NCBI RefSeq assembly: GCF_040289685.1
Contig: NZ_PSLQ01000002.1
Span: 24,387-88,386 of the forward strand
Direction of reading: 5' to 3'
Length of the DNA: 64,000 bases
Origin: Pyrinomonas sp.
GTDB lineage: Bacteria; Acidobacteriota; Blastocatellia; Pyrinomonadales; Pyrinomonadaceae
Shown: one piece after another, positions 9,665-19,168 of the stretch
Layout: each line of letters opens with the position of its first letter
Position numbering within the stretch: the first letter of the stretch is position 1
The notes under the pieces: generated by a model
Database searches by the model: none
Told to the model about the DNA's origin: nothing
The model's input: only the letters and a program-made list of their open reading frames with translations
Position numbers and translations under genes: made by a program

Positions 9665-10738
9665 TCAGCGTCCTTCAATCAGGGTCCAGAAGTAGCCATC
9701 GGGCGCGACGAAAGAGAAGCTCCGTTCGCCGAATTCGTTGAGGGTGATCTCGGTGACTTCGGTCGCTGCGCTGGACCGGATGCGGCGATGGTAGGCTTCG
9801 ATGTCGCTCACACGCAAGGTGTAAAGCGAGTAGCCTAGATAGCCGGGGCGCGATTGTGCGCGGCGATCCTCGAGCTTGGCGTGCGAGACGAAGTTGATGA
9901 TCTTCAACCTCCCGGAGCGCATCCGTTGCGGGTCGTCTTTGGACGAACGCGGATCGTCGAAATCCGTGGTCACATAGCTCTCTCCCGATGAAAGATTGAA
10001 GATGCGGCGCGCCGAAGGATCGTCGGCGTCGCTTTGGACGCGGTCGCGCACGCGCAATAGGCCGAGCACTTTGTCGTAGAAATCGAGCGCCTCGAGCCGC
10101 GTCTGGACCACCATGCCGAAGTGCGTGATCTGACTGGTGTGAAAAGGGGCTGCTTCGTTGACCTTGCCGTAGAGCGGCAGCGTGTAGCCGAAACGTTGAA
10201 AGATGACTTGGCGCGTCAGCGGTTGAATCAAAAGCATCTCGCGCACGCAAGGGAGTTCATCGAGAAAGGGGCGAGGACGTTGCTCGACGCGATAGATTTC
10301 GGCGCGTTGCGGTTCGACGTAGAGGATCGGCATGCCGCGCGCAGCGGCCTCTTCGGCGTGATTCAAGATGTTGAAGATGTCTGTGGTCAACATCGCGCCC
10401 CAACGGTTGCCGAGCGTCTTCATCCCGGCCATGCCGAGTCCTTCGCCCACGGGGCGCTCCCAAACCATCAGTCGAATCAAGCCGTGATCGGCTTCTTGGT
10501 GATAGAGCCGAATCGAGCGCACGGCAGAGGCTACGCCGTAGAGCTTGCGAGCTTGTTCGGCATCAAGGGCGCCTTGCTCGCCTACGCGGTAACCGAAACG
10601 TTCCCAGTAAGCGACAAGTGGCGCGGCATCGCGCGTTCCAATGCATACTTCATACACGCCGCCAACGACCCGTTGCGCGCGGGCGTTTGCATAGTATGCG
10701 GCGGCAACGAAGAGGAGGAAAAGAAAAGTTATTTTCAT
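9665..10738 (-). CDS. Exported VOC (glyoxalase/dioxygenase-fold) family protein
   Basis: ORF 9665-11017 trimmed to MKITFLFLLFVAAAYYANARAQ (signal peptide). In-frame alternatives are ATG 10753, 10792 and 10807. Two beta-alpha-beta-beta-beta-like modules (VYEVCIGTRD..LVAYWERFGY and ITHFGMVVQTRLEALDFYDKVLGL). Confidence 0.65.
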   Translation of the reverse strand: MKITFLFLLFVAAAYYANARAQRVVGGVYEVCIGTRDAAPLVAYWERFGYRVGEQGALDAEQARKLYGVASAVRSIRLYHQEADHGLIRLMVWERPVGEGLGMAGMKTLGNRWGAMLTTDIFNILNHAEEAAARGMPILYVEPQRAEIYRVEQRPRPFLDELPCVREMLLIQPLTRQVIFQRFGYTLPLYGKVNEAAPFHTSQITHFGMVVQTRLEALDFYDKVLGLLRVRDRVQSDADDPSARRIFNLSSGESYVTTDFDDPRSSKDDPQRMRSGRLKIINFVSHAKLEDRRAQSRPGYLGYSLYTLRVSDIEAYHRRIRSSAATEVTEITLNEFGERSFSFVAPDGYFWTLIEGR

Positions 10739-10842
10739 CGGAACTTCAATCATCGCCTCTGTTCTTTGAAGCAGCTCTCGGTTCGTCGTCATCGCTGAGC
10801 CTTTCATCTCCGCTGTCCGTTCTTCGCCGCAGTTCCTGCTTT

Positions 10843-11775
10843 TCAGTTGCGTCGCTGATTCACCGCGGGCGTCTTCCGGCGTTTTTCCATCTCCGCGCGA
10901 TAGACGTTCCAAGAGGTTGCATTGGGACGCGCTGGATCGACGCGCTCTGGCGCGCTCATGTAGAGTGGATAGCGCTCGCGCACCAGATCCTTCATCCACG
11001 GCGGAAGTTCCTCCCATGACGGCAGGAGCTTGCTCTGCGCATGATAGACGAGTTGCCCTTCACGTCCATCCATCCCCATCCACGGCAGCCATGGACCGAC
11101 GCGCGTCCAACTGACCATGACGTCGGGCGTGCCGTCTCCGGCAAGCGCGGACTTCGGCACGTAGAAGTCGAACATCTCAGCGGCGGTGTAGTTGCGCGAC
11201 CAACCCGGCAACGAGTAGAAGGGAAAGACATCGCTGGTCCAGACGTAGAACTGCTCCCATTCGCGCGGGGGCTGAATCGCGCCGCGATCCTGCTTGCCGT
11301 CGAGCGAGACGTAACGCAGTCCGTCCTCGCGCACGCGAATGCGTTGGTTGACCGGATCGTTGGCGACGTGAAAAACTTCATTGATCTGGCCAGTGAACGG
11401 ATTCTTCCATGTCGAAAGCACTTGCCCGGTCTGCGGATCGGTGTAGAAGACGATCTCGCGCGTTGCGACGAAGAAGCCATCGCGCTCCGGCGTCGGGATC
11501 AAACGGCGTATGTTGTAGCCTTCCATGCCGAAGAGTTTCTGCGGGCGCTGGCCCGGAATGAAAGAATAGACGAACCCGCTGATGTAGTAGACGATGTCGC
11601 GCCCGTCGGTGCGCCCTTGCGTTCGCATGTAAAGTTCGTCGAGCTGTCGTTTGGAAGGGCGCTGCGGCGCGGCACCGATCGTGGTTACGAAGAGCGGTAA
11701 GAGCAGCGATGCGACGCGCGCCTTGCGCCAACGGGCAGCAAGACGAGCTGCGTTGGTGAAACCAGATCGAGCCAT
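10843..11775 (-). CDS. DUF1838-like protein, paralog 1
   Basis: 310 aa, SD GGGAGG before ATG 11775, hydrophobic N-terminal export or anchor segment. Block IVYYISGFVYSFIPGQRPQKLFGMEGYNIRRL and the overall similarity to ORF 19169-19948 fit my memory of DUF1838. The family call is from memory only. Confidence 0.6.
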   Translation of the reverse strand: MARSGFTNAARLAARWRKARVASLLLPLFVTTIGAAPQRPSKRQLDELYMRTQGRTDGRDIVYYISGFVYSFIPGQRPQKLFGMEGYNIRRLIPTPERDGFFVATREIVFYTDPQTGQVLSTWKNPFTGQINEVFHVANDPVNQRIRVREDGLRYVSLDGKQDRGAIQPPREWEQFYVWTSDVFPFYSLPGWSRNYTAAEMFDFYVPKSALAGDGTPDVMVSWTRVGPWLPWMGMDGREGQLVYHAQSKLLPSWEELPPWMKDLVRERYPLYMSAPERVDPARPNATSWNVYRAEMEKRRKTPAVNQRRN

Positions 11776-11812
11776 TCTCTGCCTCCCTCGACGGACACCC
11801 GGAAGAAAACCA

Positions 11813-11841
11813 TTGACATCGGGCGCCGTTTGCAGTATTTC
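11813..11841 (+). promoter_or_regulatory. Sigma70-like promoter candidate upstream of the TonB-dependent receptor
   Basis: TTGACA (11813-11818), 17-nt spacer, TATTTC (11836-11841). This would give a leader of about 200 nt that is partly AT-rich. Confidence 0.3.
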
Positions 11842-12048
11842 TATCTATTGTCATTATATTAAAACAAATTTGGAAAAAACGAAAACGGGGACGTCTGGGT
11901 ATCGGGAGCGGATCTTTTCAGCGTATTAGGCATAATTGTTAGCTATTTAGTACAAATCAAGGTTGGGAACGCTTGCTGCTTTGGCGGAGGTTCGTACGCG
12001 AGAAGCTGAAGGACGGGTCCGAAACAAATTTCCCGAAGGAGTTCGCCT

Positions 12049-14907
12049 ATGCTGCCAGTGATCGCCTCGATTCGCAACCTAACGGTTTCGTGTCTCACTC
12101 TCTTGCTGTTTTGCAGTCTGCCCGGCGCTTTGCGCGCGCAACAATCCGGCGCGCGCATTTCCGGCACCGTCACGGACCAGACTGGGGCCGTGGTCGTTGG
12201 CGCGACGGTGCGCGCCCTCAATCTCGCCAGCGGTCGCGAGGTTTCGACGGCGACTGACGGTTCGGGTGGATACGCGTTGGGTGATTTGGCGCCCGGTTCT
12301 TACCGCATTTCGGTCAGCCAAGAAGGGTTTGCTGTGGCGGCAGCGAGCGTCGTCGTCACCGATTCGACCCCTGTTGTTCAGAACTTCGCGCTTGCGCCCG
12401 GCGCTTTGCAGGATGTGGTGACGGTGACCGCGGGCAAAGGAAGCGCGCGCATCGCCGTCGAGACGCCGCAGACGGTGAGCGTCACCACGGAAGCCGATCT
12501 CGAACAACGTCGCCCAGTCTCGACCTTTCAAGCCATTGAGCGCACGCCCAATTTGATCGTGCGCGAAACCAACCCGGCGCGCGAGCGTCCGCGTTTACGC
12601 GGGCTGGATTCTTCGCGCGTGCTCATCGTGATCGATGGCGAGCGCTTGAACAACGCGCGCACGGATCTGCAAACAGGTCTTTCGCCCGGCATCATCGACG
12701 TCTCGCAGCTCGCTTCAGCCGAAGTGGTGGCGGGGGCTGGTTCGAGTCTGTACGGTTCGGACGCGCTCGCCGGAACGATCAATCTGGTGACCAAAGGGCC
12801 GGACCGACCTGACAAGGGGTTGGTGCTCGGCTTGCGTTTGGACGGCGATTACCACTCGAACGGACGCACTCGGCGCGGGAACGTGGCGGTGAACCTGAGC
12901 AATCCGCAAGCGGCGTTGCGCATGAGCCTATCGCTTTTTCGCAACGCGAACTACCGCACGGGCGGCAAGGCCATTACGCTCGATGACGTGCTCAACATCG
13001 GCAGGTTTTACGTTCAGTTTCCCGGCAACAACGCCAGTCAGTACCCGGTCTTCTCGCTGCCTGCCAATGGAGAGGTCTTGAACGGGCAGGCGCACGGGTT
13101 CAACGATCAACTCGATTTCTGGTTCTACCCATCGGCGAATAACCGACACAATCTGCGCTTGAGGTATCTGAACAGCCAGCACTCCGCGCTCGGCGATGCT
13201 TTCTCCGGGCCGCCGTTTGAAGTGCAGGAACGCTTTCAAAGCTTTCGCCATTTCGACAAGTTCGGCGCGCGTTACGAAGGATTGGACATCGGACCGCGCG
13301 TGGCTCGCTTGGCGATCAACTTCTACCGTCAGAAGCTTGTCTTCCCGCAAGATCAATTCGATTACACGATTCAATCCGGCAGCAGTTTCGTGGTCGATCC
13401 GGCGACCAACACCTTTTCGTTCACGGGGCGCCCCTCGAACTTCATTTTGGGGAGCTTCACCGACAACAAGAATTCGATTACCACGCTGAACGTAGACGTC
13501 CAAGCGACGTTGGTCCCTTTCGTCGGCACGCTTGTAACCACCGGTTTTCAACGCTTGCGCGACCAATCGCGCGATGAGTTTACGCGCTACGGTTTTCGCA
13601 ACATCGTTACGCGGGAGCCGAACTTCAACACGTTGACGCGCGGCGCCAGCTCGCCCGACACGGATTACACGGACACGGCGTTTTTCGCCCAGTTCGAATA
13701 TGACCGCATACGTTTGTTGCGCCTTTCGGGCGGGTTTCGCTTGGACAACTGGAAGACCGAAGCAAAGGTGACGCGCGGTTTTCCGCTCGGCGCGGAGTTC
13801 GTCATCTTGCGGGCATCCATTCCGGTGTTGAGCGCTAATCCGGGACCGCTTGCTCCGCAAGTCGACAGTCTTAGCCGCCTGCTCGATTTGGCCGGTGGGC
13901 GCTCGCCCGTGCGAACTAGCAAGACCTCGTTTACGGGCAACGTCGGCATCGTTTTCAGGTTTCCGCAGGGAATCAACCCCTATTTCCGCTTTGCCACCGC
14001 CTATCGCGAACCTTCGGTCACCGAAAGGTACATCATACGTAATTTCATCCCGCTGCCGAACATCTTGAGCGCCATCGTCGTCGGCAATCCGAATCTGGAG
14101 CCGGAGACGGCGCGCAATTTCGATGTCGGCGTCAAAGTTCAACGCAACCGCTTCAACGGGTCGTTCGGCTATTTTCGCAACGACCTCGACAATTTGATCA
14201 TCTTCGCCTTGCCGCCGGGATCGCCGACGCCGCTCGGCGCTGGTTTCTTGCTCGTTCCGGCGGATCCGGCGAACGGTTTGCTCGGCGCTCCTTTCAACAG
14301 GGGATTGCATGCCGTCTCGTTCAACGGCCGAATCAATCAAGCGAAGAACTTGATCTACGGTTTCGAGGGAACGTATGAAGTCGCGTTGCCGCTTGGAGAG
14401 GTGGGCAGCTTGACGCCTTACGGTTCAATGGGTTGGATGCATGGGACGAACAAGTCGCCGACGGCGACGCAGCTTGACATCATCAGACGACTATACAATC
14501 GCAGCGACACTCCGGTGCGATTGGAAGGCTCACCCGATGATGTTCCGCTCGGCAACATCACGCCCTTCCGCGGCATCTTCGGCGCCATCTTCAACGAACG
14601 CAAAGGGCGTTGGTTCATCGAGTACTCGTTGCGCCATCAAGCGCGCGTAACGCGCGCCAACCCGACCGGCTTCCAAGGACCGACGCTGATCAATTACGGG
14701 ACGTTCGCCAGTTTGAACGACTTCACGGTTCAAAGCGTGCGCGGCGGATACAACCTGCGCCGCGAGCGGTATCGGATGACGTTTACGACCGGCGTGGACA
14801 ATTTGACGGACCTGCTCTACTTCGAGCATTTTCAAAACGCTCCGGCTCCTGGGCGGTCTTTCGTCTTCGGTTTCACGATGGAGTTCGCGAACCTTTTGGG
14901 ACGCTGA
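12049..14907 (+). CDS. TonB-dependent receptor with N-terminal carboxypeptidase-regulatory-like domain
   Basis: 952 aa, SD GAAGGAG 7 nt before the ATG, signal peptide. CarboxypepD_reg-like block ISGTVTDQTGAVVVGATVRALN..GGYALGDLAPGSYRISV, plug region (RGLDSSRVLIVIDGERLNNAR), long beta-barrel with aromatic-rich strands. Confidence 0.92.
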   Translation: MLPVIASIRNLTVSCLTLLLFCSLPGALRAQQSGARISGTVTDQTGAVVVGATVRALNLASGREVSTATDGSGGYALGDLAPGSYRISVSQEGFAVAAASVVVTDSTPVVQNFALAPGALQDVVTVTAGKGSARIAVETPQTVSVTTEADLEQRRPVSTFQAIERTPNLIVRETNPARERPRLRGLDSSRVLIVIDGERLNNARTDLQTGLSPGIIDVSQLASAEVVAGAGSSLYGSDALAGTINLVTKGPDRPDKGLVLGLRLDGDYHSNGRTRRGNVAVNLSNPQAALRMSLSLFRNANYRTGGKAITLDDVLNIGRFYVQFPGNNASQYPVFSLPANGEVLNGQAHGFNDQLDFWFYPSANNRHNLRLRYLNSQHSALGDAFSGPPFEVQERFQSFRHFDKFGARYEGLDIGPRVARLAINFYRQKLVFPQDQFDYTIQSGSSFVVDPATNTFSFTGRPSNFILGSFTDNKNSITTLNVDVQATLVPFVGTLVTTGFQRLRDQSRDEFTRYGFRNIVTREPNFNTLTRGASSPDTDYTDTAFFAQFEYDRIRLLRLSGGFRLDNWKTEAKVTRGFPLGAEFVILRASIPVLSANPGPLAPQVDSLSRLLDLAGGRSPVRTSKTSFTGNVGIVFRFPQGINPYFRFATAYREPSVTERYIIRNFIPLPNILSAIVVGNPNLEPETARNFDVGVKVQRNRFNGSFGYFRNDLDNLIIFALPPGSPTPLGAGFLLVPADPANGLLGAPFNRGLHAVSFNGRINQAKNLIYGFEGTYEVALPLGEVGSLTPYGSMGWMHGTNKSPTATQLDIIRRLYNRSDTPVRLEGSPDDVPLGNITPFRGIFGAIFNERKGRWFIEYSLRHQARVTRANPTGFQGPTLINYGTFASLNDFTVQSVRGGYNLRRERYRMTFTTGVDNLTDLLYFEHFQNAPAPGRSFVFGFTMEFANLLGR

Positions 14908-15015
14908 TCGCCGCTGTCATCGCGTTGCGCGACGCTCGCCGGGGCGGCATCTGTCGGCCATCGGTGGGGGGCGCTCTCTTTTCAGGCGTTTTGCGAGGAT
15001 CGGCGCAAAGTTAGG

Positions 15016-15050
15016 CGCGCCAATTGGCGCGAAAGGTCGCCCTTTCTTTC
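15016..15050 (+). terminator. Perfect 16-bp palindrome plus hairpin and T-run after the receptor gene
   Basis: cgcgccaattggcgcg (15016-15031) is a perfect palindrome. It is followed immediately by gaaagg-tcgc-cctttc (15031-15046) and tttc. It could be a terminator or an operator. Confidence 0.3.
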
Positions 15051-15218
15051 TGAACTTGCCGCGAGGGTCGGTTCTTTTCGGACGTTTCGGGTCGCCAGCG
15101 CTGAGCGCGCGCAGTTGAAGCCCGGCGCGGAATTGAGAAAAATCGGCAGAGACGGTCGCTGCCGTCGCAACTCGTCGGCTCTTCAACGTTGCCGCGGCGC
15201 GGTCGGAAGGACGGACGG

Positions 15219-15656
15219 ATGATTCCCACGGAGGTCGCCAGCAAGCTCTTTCGCGCCGTGATCGAGAAGCGGCTCGATGACATCCTTCGGTGCTACGTTC
15301 CGGCGGAGACGACTTATGTCTTCGTCGAAGGACCGCGCTGGTCCACCAAAGGTTTTGCGCGCATTAGCCAAGGCTGGCGCGCTTTTGTCGAGGCCGATTT
15401 GGAGTTGATGAGCTGCGATTGGGTGGAAGGGCCGTTCGGGCAAGAGGCGGCTGACATGGCTTGGGTAGGGGGCATCGTGGAGATTCGGGCGCGCGTGCGC
15501 GGCGAAGTAAGGGTCGTTCGTTTTCGCGGCACGTTCGTTTTGCGACGCGACGATGCCGATGGCTGGCGCATCGCGCACGAACACTTTTCCGCACCGGCGT
15601 CGGATCCTTACGGCATCGGTGACTGGCTGCAACCCAAGGGAGATGAGACGAGATGA
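15219..15656 (+). CDS. NTF2-fold (SnoaL/DUF4440/AtzH-like) small protein
   Basis: ORF 15189-15656 trimmed to ATG 15219 behind GGAAGGA. 145 aa; the pattern ...TFVLRRDDADGWRIAHEHFS is typical of NTF2-like cone folds. The stop overlaps the next start (ATGA at 15653-15656). Confidence 0.65.
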   Translation: MIPTEVASKLFRAVIEKRLDDILRCYVPAETTYVFVEGPRWSTKGFARISQGWRAFVEADLELMSCDWVEGPFGQEAADMAWVGGIVEIRARVRGEVRVVRFRGTFVLRRDDADGWRIAHEHFSAPASDPYGIGDWLQPKGDETR

Positions 15657-16675
15657 CCGCCTATCGTGCTTTGGCGCTGCAGACGACCTGTCATGCGGTC
15701 AACGGCGCGCGCGATCGCGTTGAAGCGCGCGCGATCATGCGCGAAACGATCAGCCGCCTCGCTCAGCAGATCGCGGCGAGCATCGCCTTCATCGGCAGAG
15801 ATTGTCGTCTGGTGGTGCTGCCCGAATATTTTCTCACTGGATTCCCCGTGCGCGAAGGTTTCGCTGAGTGGAGCGATAAAGCTTGCATCGAAGCGGATGG
15901 CCCGGAATACGCCGCGCTTGGACGCATCGCCAGCGAGTGCGGGATATTCTTGGCTGGCAATGCATATGAACTGGACCGACACTTTCCAGGTCTGTATTTC
16001 CAAACTTGTTTCGTCATCGCTCCTTCAGGCGAAGTCATCCTCCGTTATCGTCGTTTGAATTCGATGTTCGCGCCGACGCCACACGATGTGCTCGACCGCT
16101 ATCTTGAGATCTACGGTTGGGAAGGGATCTTTCCGGTGGCGCGTACAGAGATCGGGAATCTAGCTGCGCTCGCTTCCGAAGAGATACTCTATCCGGAAGT
16201 GGCGCGCTGTTTGGCGATGCGCGGTGCTGAGATCTTCCTCCATATGACTTCGGAAGTTTACGGTGGCCCGCGCGCGCCCAAAGAGGCGGCCAAGATCGCG
16301 CGCGCCGTCGAGAACATGGCTTACGTCATTTCGGCCAACAGCGCTGGCGTCATTGAAGCTGGATTGCCTGCCGCTTCCACCGACGGTGGTTCAAAGATCA
16401 TCGATTACCGTGGCCTTATCCTCGCCGAGACGGCGCAGGGCGAGAGCATGGCCGCCTTCGCCGAAATCGACCTCGACGCGCTGCGCCGCGCCCGCCGTCG
16501 GCCTGGCTTGATGAATCTGCTCTCGCGGCAGCGATTCGACCTCTACGCGGAAAGCTACACGCGCGCGCGCTTCTATCCGCCGAATACGCTGCTCGACGGC
16601 GCCAAGGGGCGGGAACACTTCTGGCGCACGCAGCAAGAAGTGATCGCGCGACTGGAAGAGCAGGGCATGATCTAG
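15653..16675 (+). CDS. Nitrilase-superfamily (carbon-nitrogen hydrolase fold) protein with non-canonical catalytic positions
   Basis: 340 aa. First catalytic Glu context is present (LVVLPEYFLTGFP). The Lys motif reads YRRLNSMF instead of YRKxHLF. The Cys motif G-x3-G-x2-I-C-[YW]-[DE]-x2-[FY]-PE reads GNLAALASEEILYPE, with Ser175 (TCC, 16175-16177) at the nucleophile position. Confidence 0.8.
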   Translation: MTAYRALALQTTCHAVNGARDRVEARAIMRETISRLAQQIAASIAFIGRDCRLVVLPEYFLTGFPVREGFAEWSDKACIEADGPEYAALGRIASECGIFLAGNAYELDRHFPGLYFQTCFVIAPSGEVILRYRRLNSMFAPTPHDVLDRYLEIYGWEGIFPVARTEIGNLAALASEEILYPEVARCLAMRGAEIFLHMTSEVYGGPRAPKEAAKIARAVENMAYVISANSAGVIEAGLPAASTDGGSKIIDYRGLILAETAQGESMAAFAEIDLDALRRARRRPGLMNLLSRQRFDLYAESYTRARFYPPNTLLDGAKGREHFWRTQQEVIARLEEQGMI

Positions 16676-17038
16676 CAGTCGCGCGATCTGGATGCGGTCT
16701 CGATAGCACAAATCGACAGCCCCTTGGCGGCGGTGTGAAGTTTCACCGACGTAGCGCGCGGCTGCAGCGGAATAAAGCGCAATTCAACGACCGCCTCGAT
16801 AGATCGCCGGTTCGCAGAGCGGGATCTGCTCCCCGCCCGATGGGAAGGGACGTCGTTTTCAGACGACGAATCCATCTGCATAGCCGACGCTCGCTTGTCG
16901 GGCCGCGAGCATCGGCGCGATTCCGTCCTTCCAAATCGGCTGATCGCTCGTTCTTACGTTCGGCAACGCTTGCTGGTGAGCACGATCGCGCTTTTGCCGA
17001 GCGCGACCGGTCGCTCAGCTTGCGCTCACCGTCCGCCA

Positions 17039-17497
17039 TTAGCTCGGCTGATCGCCCGTTTTGCGTTCGTCTATCACGGTTAGCTTCGTGAACCGCCCAT
17101 GCTCGAAATGCTGCCAGACGCGCGCGCGATGGTGGTCGTCAACGAGCGTGATGATCTCGCTGTAGCTTTCATGCGGACGGTCTTTGTAAATCCAGCGCAG
17201 CACGATCGTTTGACCGTCGACTTCGTACGCCTCGCCGCGCAAGCGTTCGTTGTCGAACCGGAGGGCGCCGTCGGCGAACACGCCCGGGAACTCTTTGGTC
17301 TCCGTGCGCCCGTCATCCCAGATGTACTCATTGCGTTGGAACCACTCCTCGCCCCGCTTGATGCACGTCAGGCGGCTGTGATGGCGGTCCAGTATCTGTC
17401 CCGTGCGCGCGTCCATGCGTGTGTAGGTCCCCTCCCAAACGCCATGATGTTTCTCGAATACGGGGAATGATTCAGCGCTTTTTCTCGCTTTGGTCAT
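17039..17497 (-). CDS. Small beta-barrel (calycin/DUF3598-like) protein, function unknown
   Basis: ORF 17039-17551 trimmed to ATG 17497 behind AAGGAGAAAGG. 152 aa with HGVWEGTYTRMD... and alternating beta-strand-like pattern. The family call is tentative. Confidence 0.55.
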   Translation of the reverse strand: MTKARKSAESFPVFEKHHGVWEGTYTRMDARTGQILDRHHSRLTCIKRGEEWFQRNEYIWDDGRTETKEFPGVFADGALRFDNERLRGEAYEVDGQTIVLRWIYKDRPHESYSEIITLVDDHHRARVWQHFEHGRFTKLTVIDERKTGDQPS

Positions 17498-17538
17498 CTC
17501 ATCCTTTCTCCTTTCTTGTTTGAAGCCTGTGTTGCGCG

Positions 17539-19014
17539 TCACGTCAGCCACGGGAAGATCTTCCCGCTGTAGTTGACGTAAACGCCTTTGAGTTTGGTGT
17601 AGTTCTCCAACGCTTCGAGTCCGAAGTTCTGCCCCCAGCCGCTCGACTTGCGCAAACCCGCGGGCATCTGCGGCACCATGTACTGTGGCATGTTGACGAA
17701 GACCAATCCAGCATCGAGCGCGCGCGCGACTCTGTACACGCGGTCGGCATCTTTGGTCCAGAAATAGGCTGACAATCCGTATTCCACGCCATTGGCGAGC
17801 GCGATGGCTTCTTCCTCCGTGCGAAAGGAAGAGATGCCGATGACTGGGCCGAAGATCTCCTCGCGTGCGATGCGCATCTTTGAGTGGACGCGACCGAAGA
17901 CGGTCGGCGCGAAGTAAAAACCGCCACGCAGCCTCTCCGGTAGATCGCGCGGCGGAGCGCCGCCGGTCAGCAGTTCGGCGCCTTCGGCGCAGCCCGAAGC
18001 GACGTAGGAAGAGACTCGTTCAAGATGCGCGCGGCTGATCAGCGGGCCGCAATGCGTCGTCGGGTCGTTCGGGTCGCCCAGGCGAATCGAGCGCGCTCGA
18101 TTGACCAGAAGTTCCGTCACGCGATCGACTACGCTCTCTTCGACGAGCACGCGGCTTGCGGCAAGGCAGAACTGTCCGTTGTTGGCCAGACCAGCTTGGA
18201 GCGCGCCGTTGACCGCTTGGTCAAGGTCGGCGTCGGCGAAGATGATGTTGGCCGCTTTGCCGCCGAGTTCAAGGAGGAAAGGTTTCACTTGGCGGGCGCA
18301 TTCTTGACCGATCAACCGTCCGACCTCGGTCGAGCCGGTGAAACAGATCTTGGCCACTTTCGGATGGCGCACGAGCGCTGCGCCAGCGGTTTCGCCGAAA
18401 CCGTGCACGACGTTAACCACGCCTTCGGGGAGACCCGCTTCCATGCATAGCTGCCCAAGCAACGAAGTGGTTAGCGGCGTCTGCTCGGCCATCTTGATGA
18501 CCACCGTGTTGCCGGCTGCGAGCGCGGGTGCGAGTTTGAGCGAGGCCATCACCAAAGGGAAATTCCACGGTGCGATGGCGCCGATGACTCCTAAAGGTTC
18601 GCGCACGGCGTAGCGGTGCACGCCCGGTTCGTTGGCGACCACGGGCGAGCGAAGTTTGTCGGCTGCGCCGGCGTAGAAGCGCCAAAAATCGACGCAGAAG
18701 GGAACGTCGATGTGACGATTGGCCGCCAGCGGCTTACCGGAGTCGAGCGTTTCGGCAGCCGCCAGCTCCGCGGCGCGCGTTTCGATCAGCTCGGCGACGC
18801 GATATAAGCGGCGTCCGCGTTCGGCTGGCGTCATCTTCGACCAAGGCCCGTGAAAAGCGCGTGCCGCAGCTTCCACCGCCGCTTCGATGTCTGCGGCGTC
18901 GCCGGCAGCGACCTCGGCGATCTGCTCGCCGGTCGCTGGGTTCTCGCTCGCAAAATAGTCGCCAGAGCGCGATGGAACTTCGCGCCCGTCGATCAGGTGA
19001 TGAATTCGTCGCAT
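17539..19014 (-). CDS. NAD(P)-dependent aldehyde dehydrogenase
   Basis: 491 aa. Motifs WNFPL, FTGSTEVG, LELGGK (catalytic Glu), NNGQFCLAASR (catalytic Cys), EEIFGPV. Confidence 0.93.
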   Translation of the reverse strand: MRRIHHLIDGREVPSRSGDYFASENPATGEQIAEVAAGDAADIEAAVEAAARAFHGPWSKMTPAERGRRLYRVAELIETRAAELAAAETLDSGKPLAANRHIDVPFCVDFWRFYAGAADKLRSPVVANEPGVHRYAVREPLGVIGAIAPWNFPLVMASLKLAPALAAGNTVVIKMAEQTPLTTSLLGQLCMEAGLPEGVVNVVHGFGETAGAALVRHPKVAKICFTGSTEVGRLIGQECARQVKPFLLELGGKAANIIFADADLDQAVNGALQAGLANNGQFCLAASRVLVEESVVDRVTELLVNRARSIRLGDPNDPTTHCGPLISRAHLERVSSYVASGCAEGAELLTGGAPPRDLPERLRGGFYFAPTVFGRVHSKMRIAREEIFGPVIGISSFRTEEEAIALANGVEYGLSAYFWTKDADRVYRVARALDAGLVFVNMPQYMVPQMPAGLRKSSGWGQNFGLEALENYTKLKGVYVNYSGKIFPWLT

Positions 19015-19168
19015 GTCTCTTCGCTCGCTTGTTCGATCCTCGATACGAGGCTGCGCCTTGACGCGAAATCTTCCTTCCGCCGATGCTGCGATCTCCCATC
19101 CGAAGAGGGAGGCCTTTTTCGATCAAACGTGCGCTCGCGCGGAGGCGACGCGAAGGTCTTACGGTCTT

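Noticed and set aside
11776-12048. Cobalamin or other riboswitch ahead of the TonB-dependent receptor
   Set aside because: I could not find a B12-box-like core or any other riboswitch consensus I know. Only a generic long-leader observation is retained.
12928-14340. 470-aa minus-strand ORF
   Set aside because: Antisense to the TonB-dependent receptor. Arg-rich, low-complexity translation with no recognisable domain.
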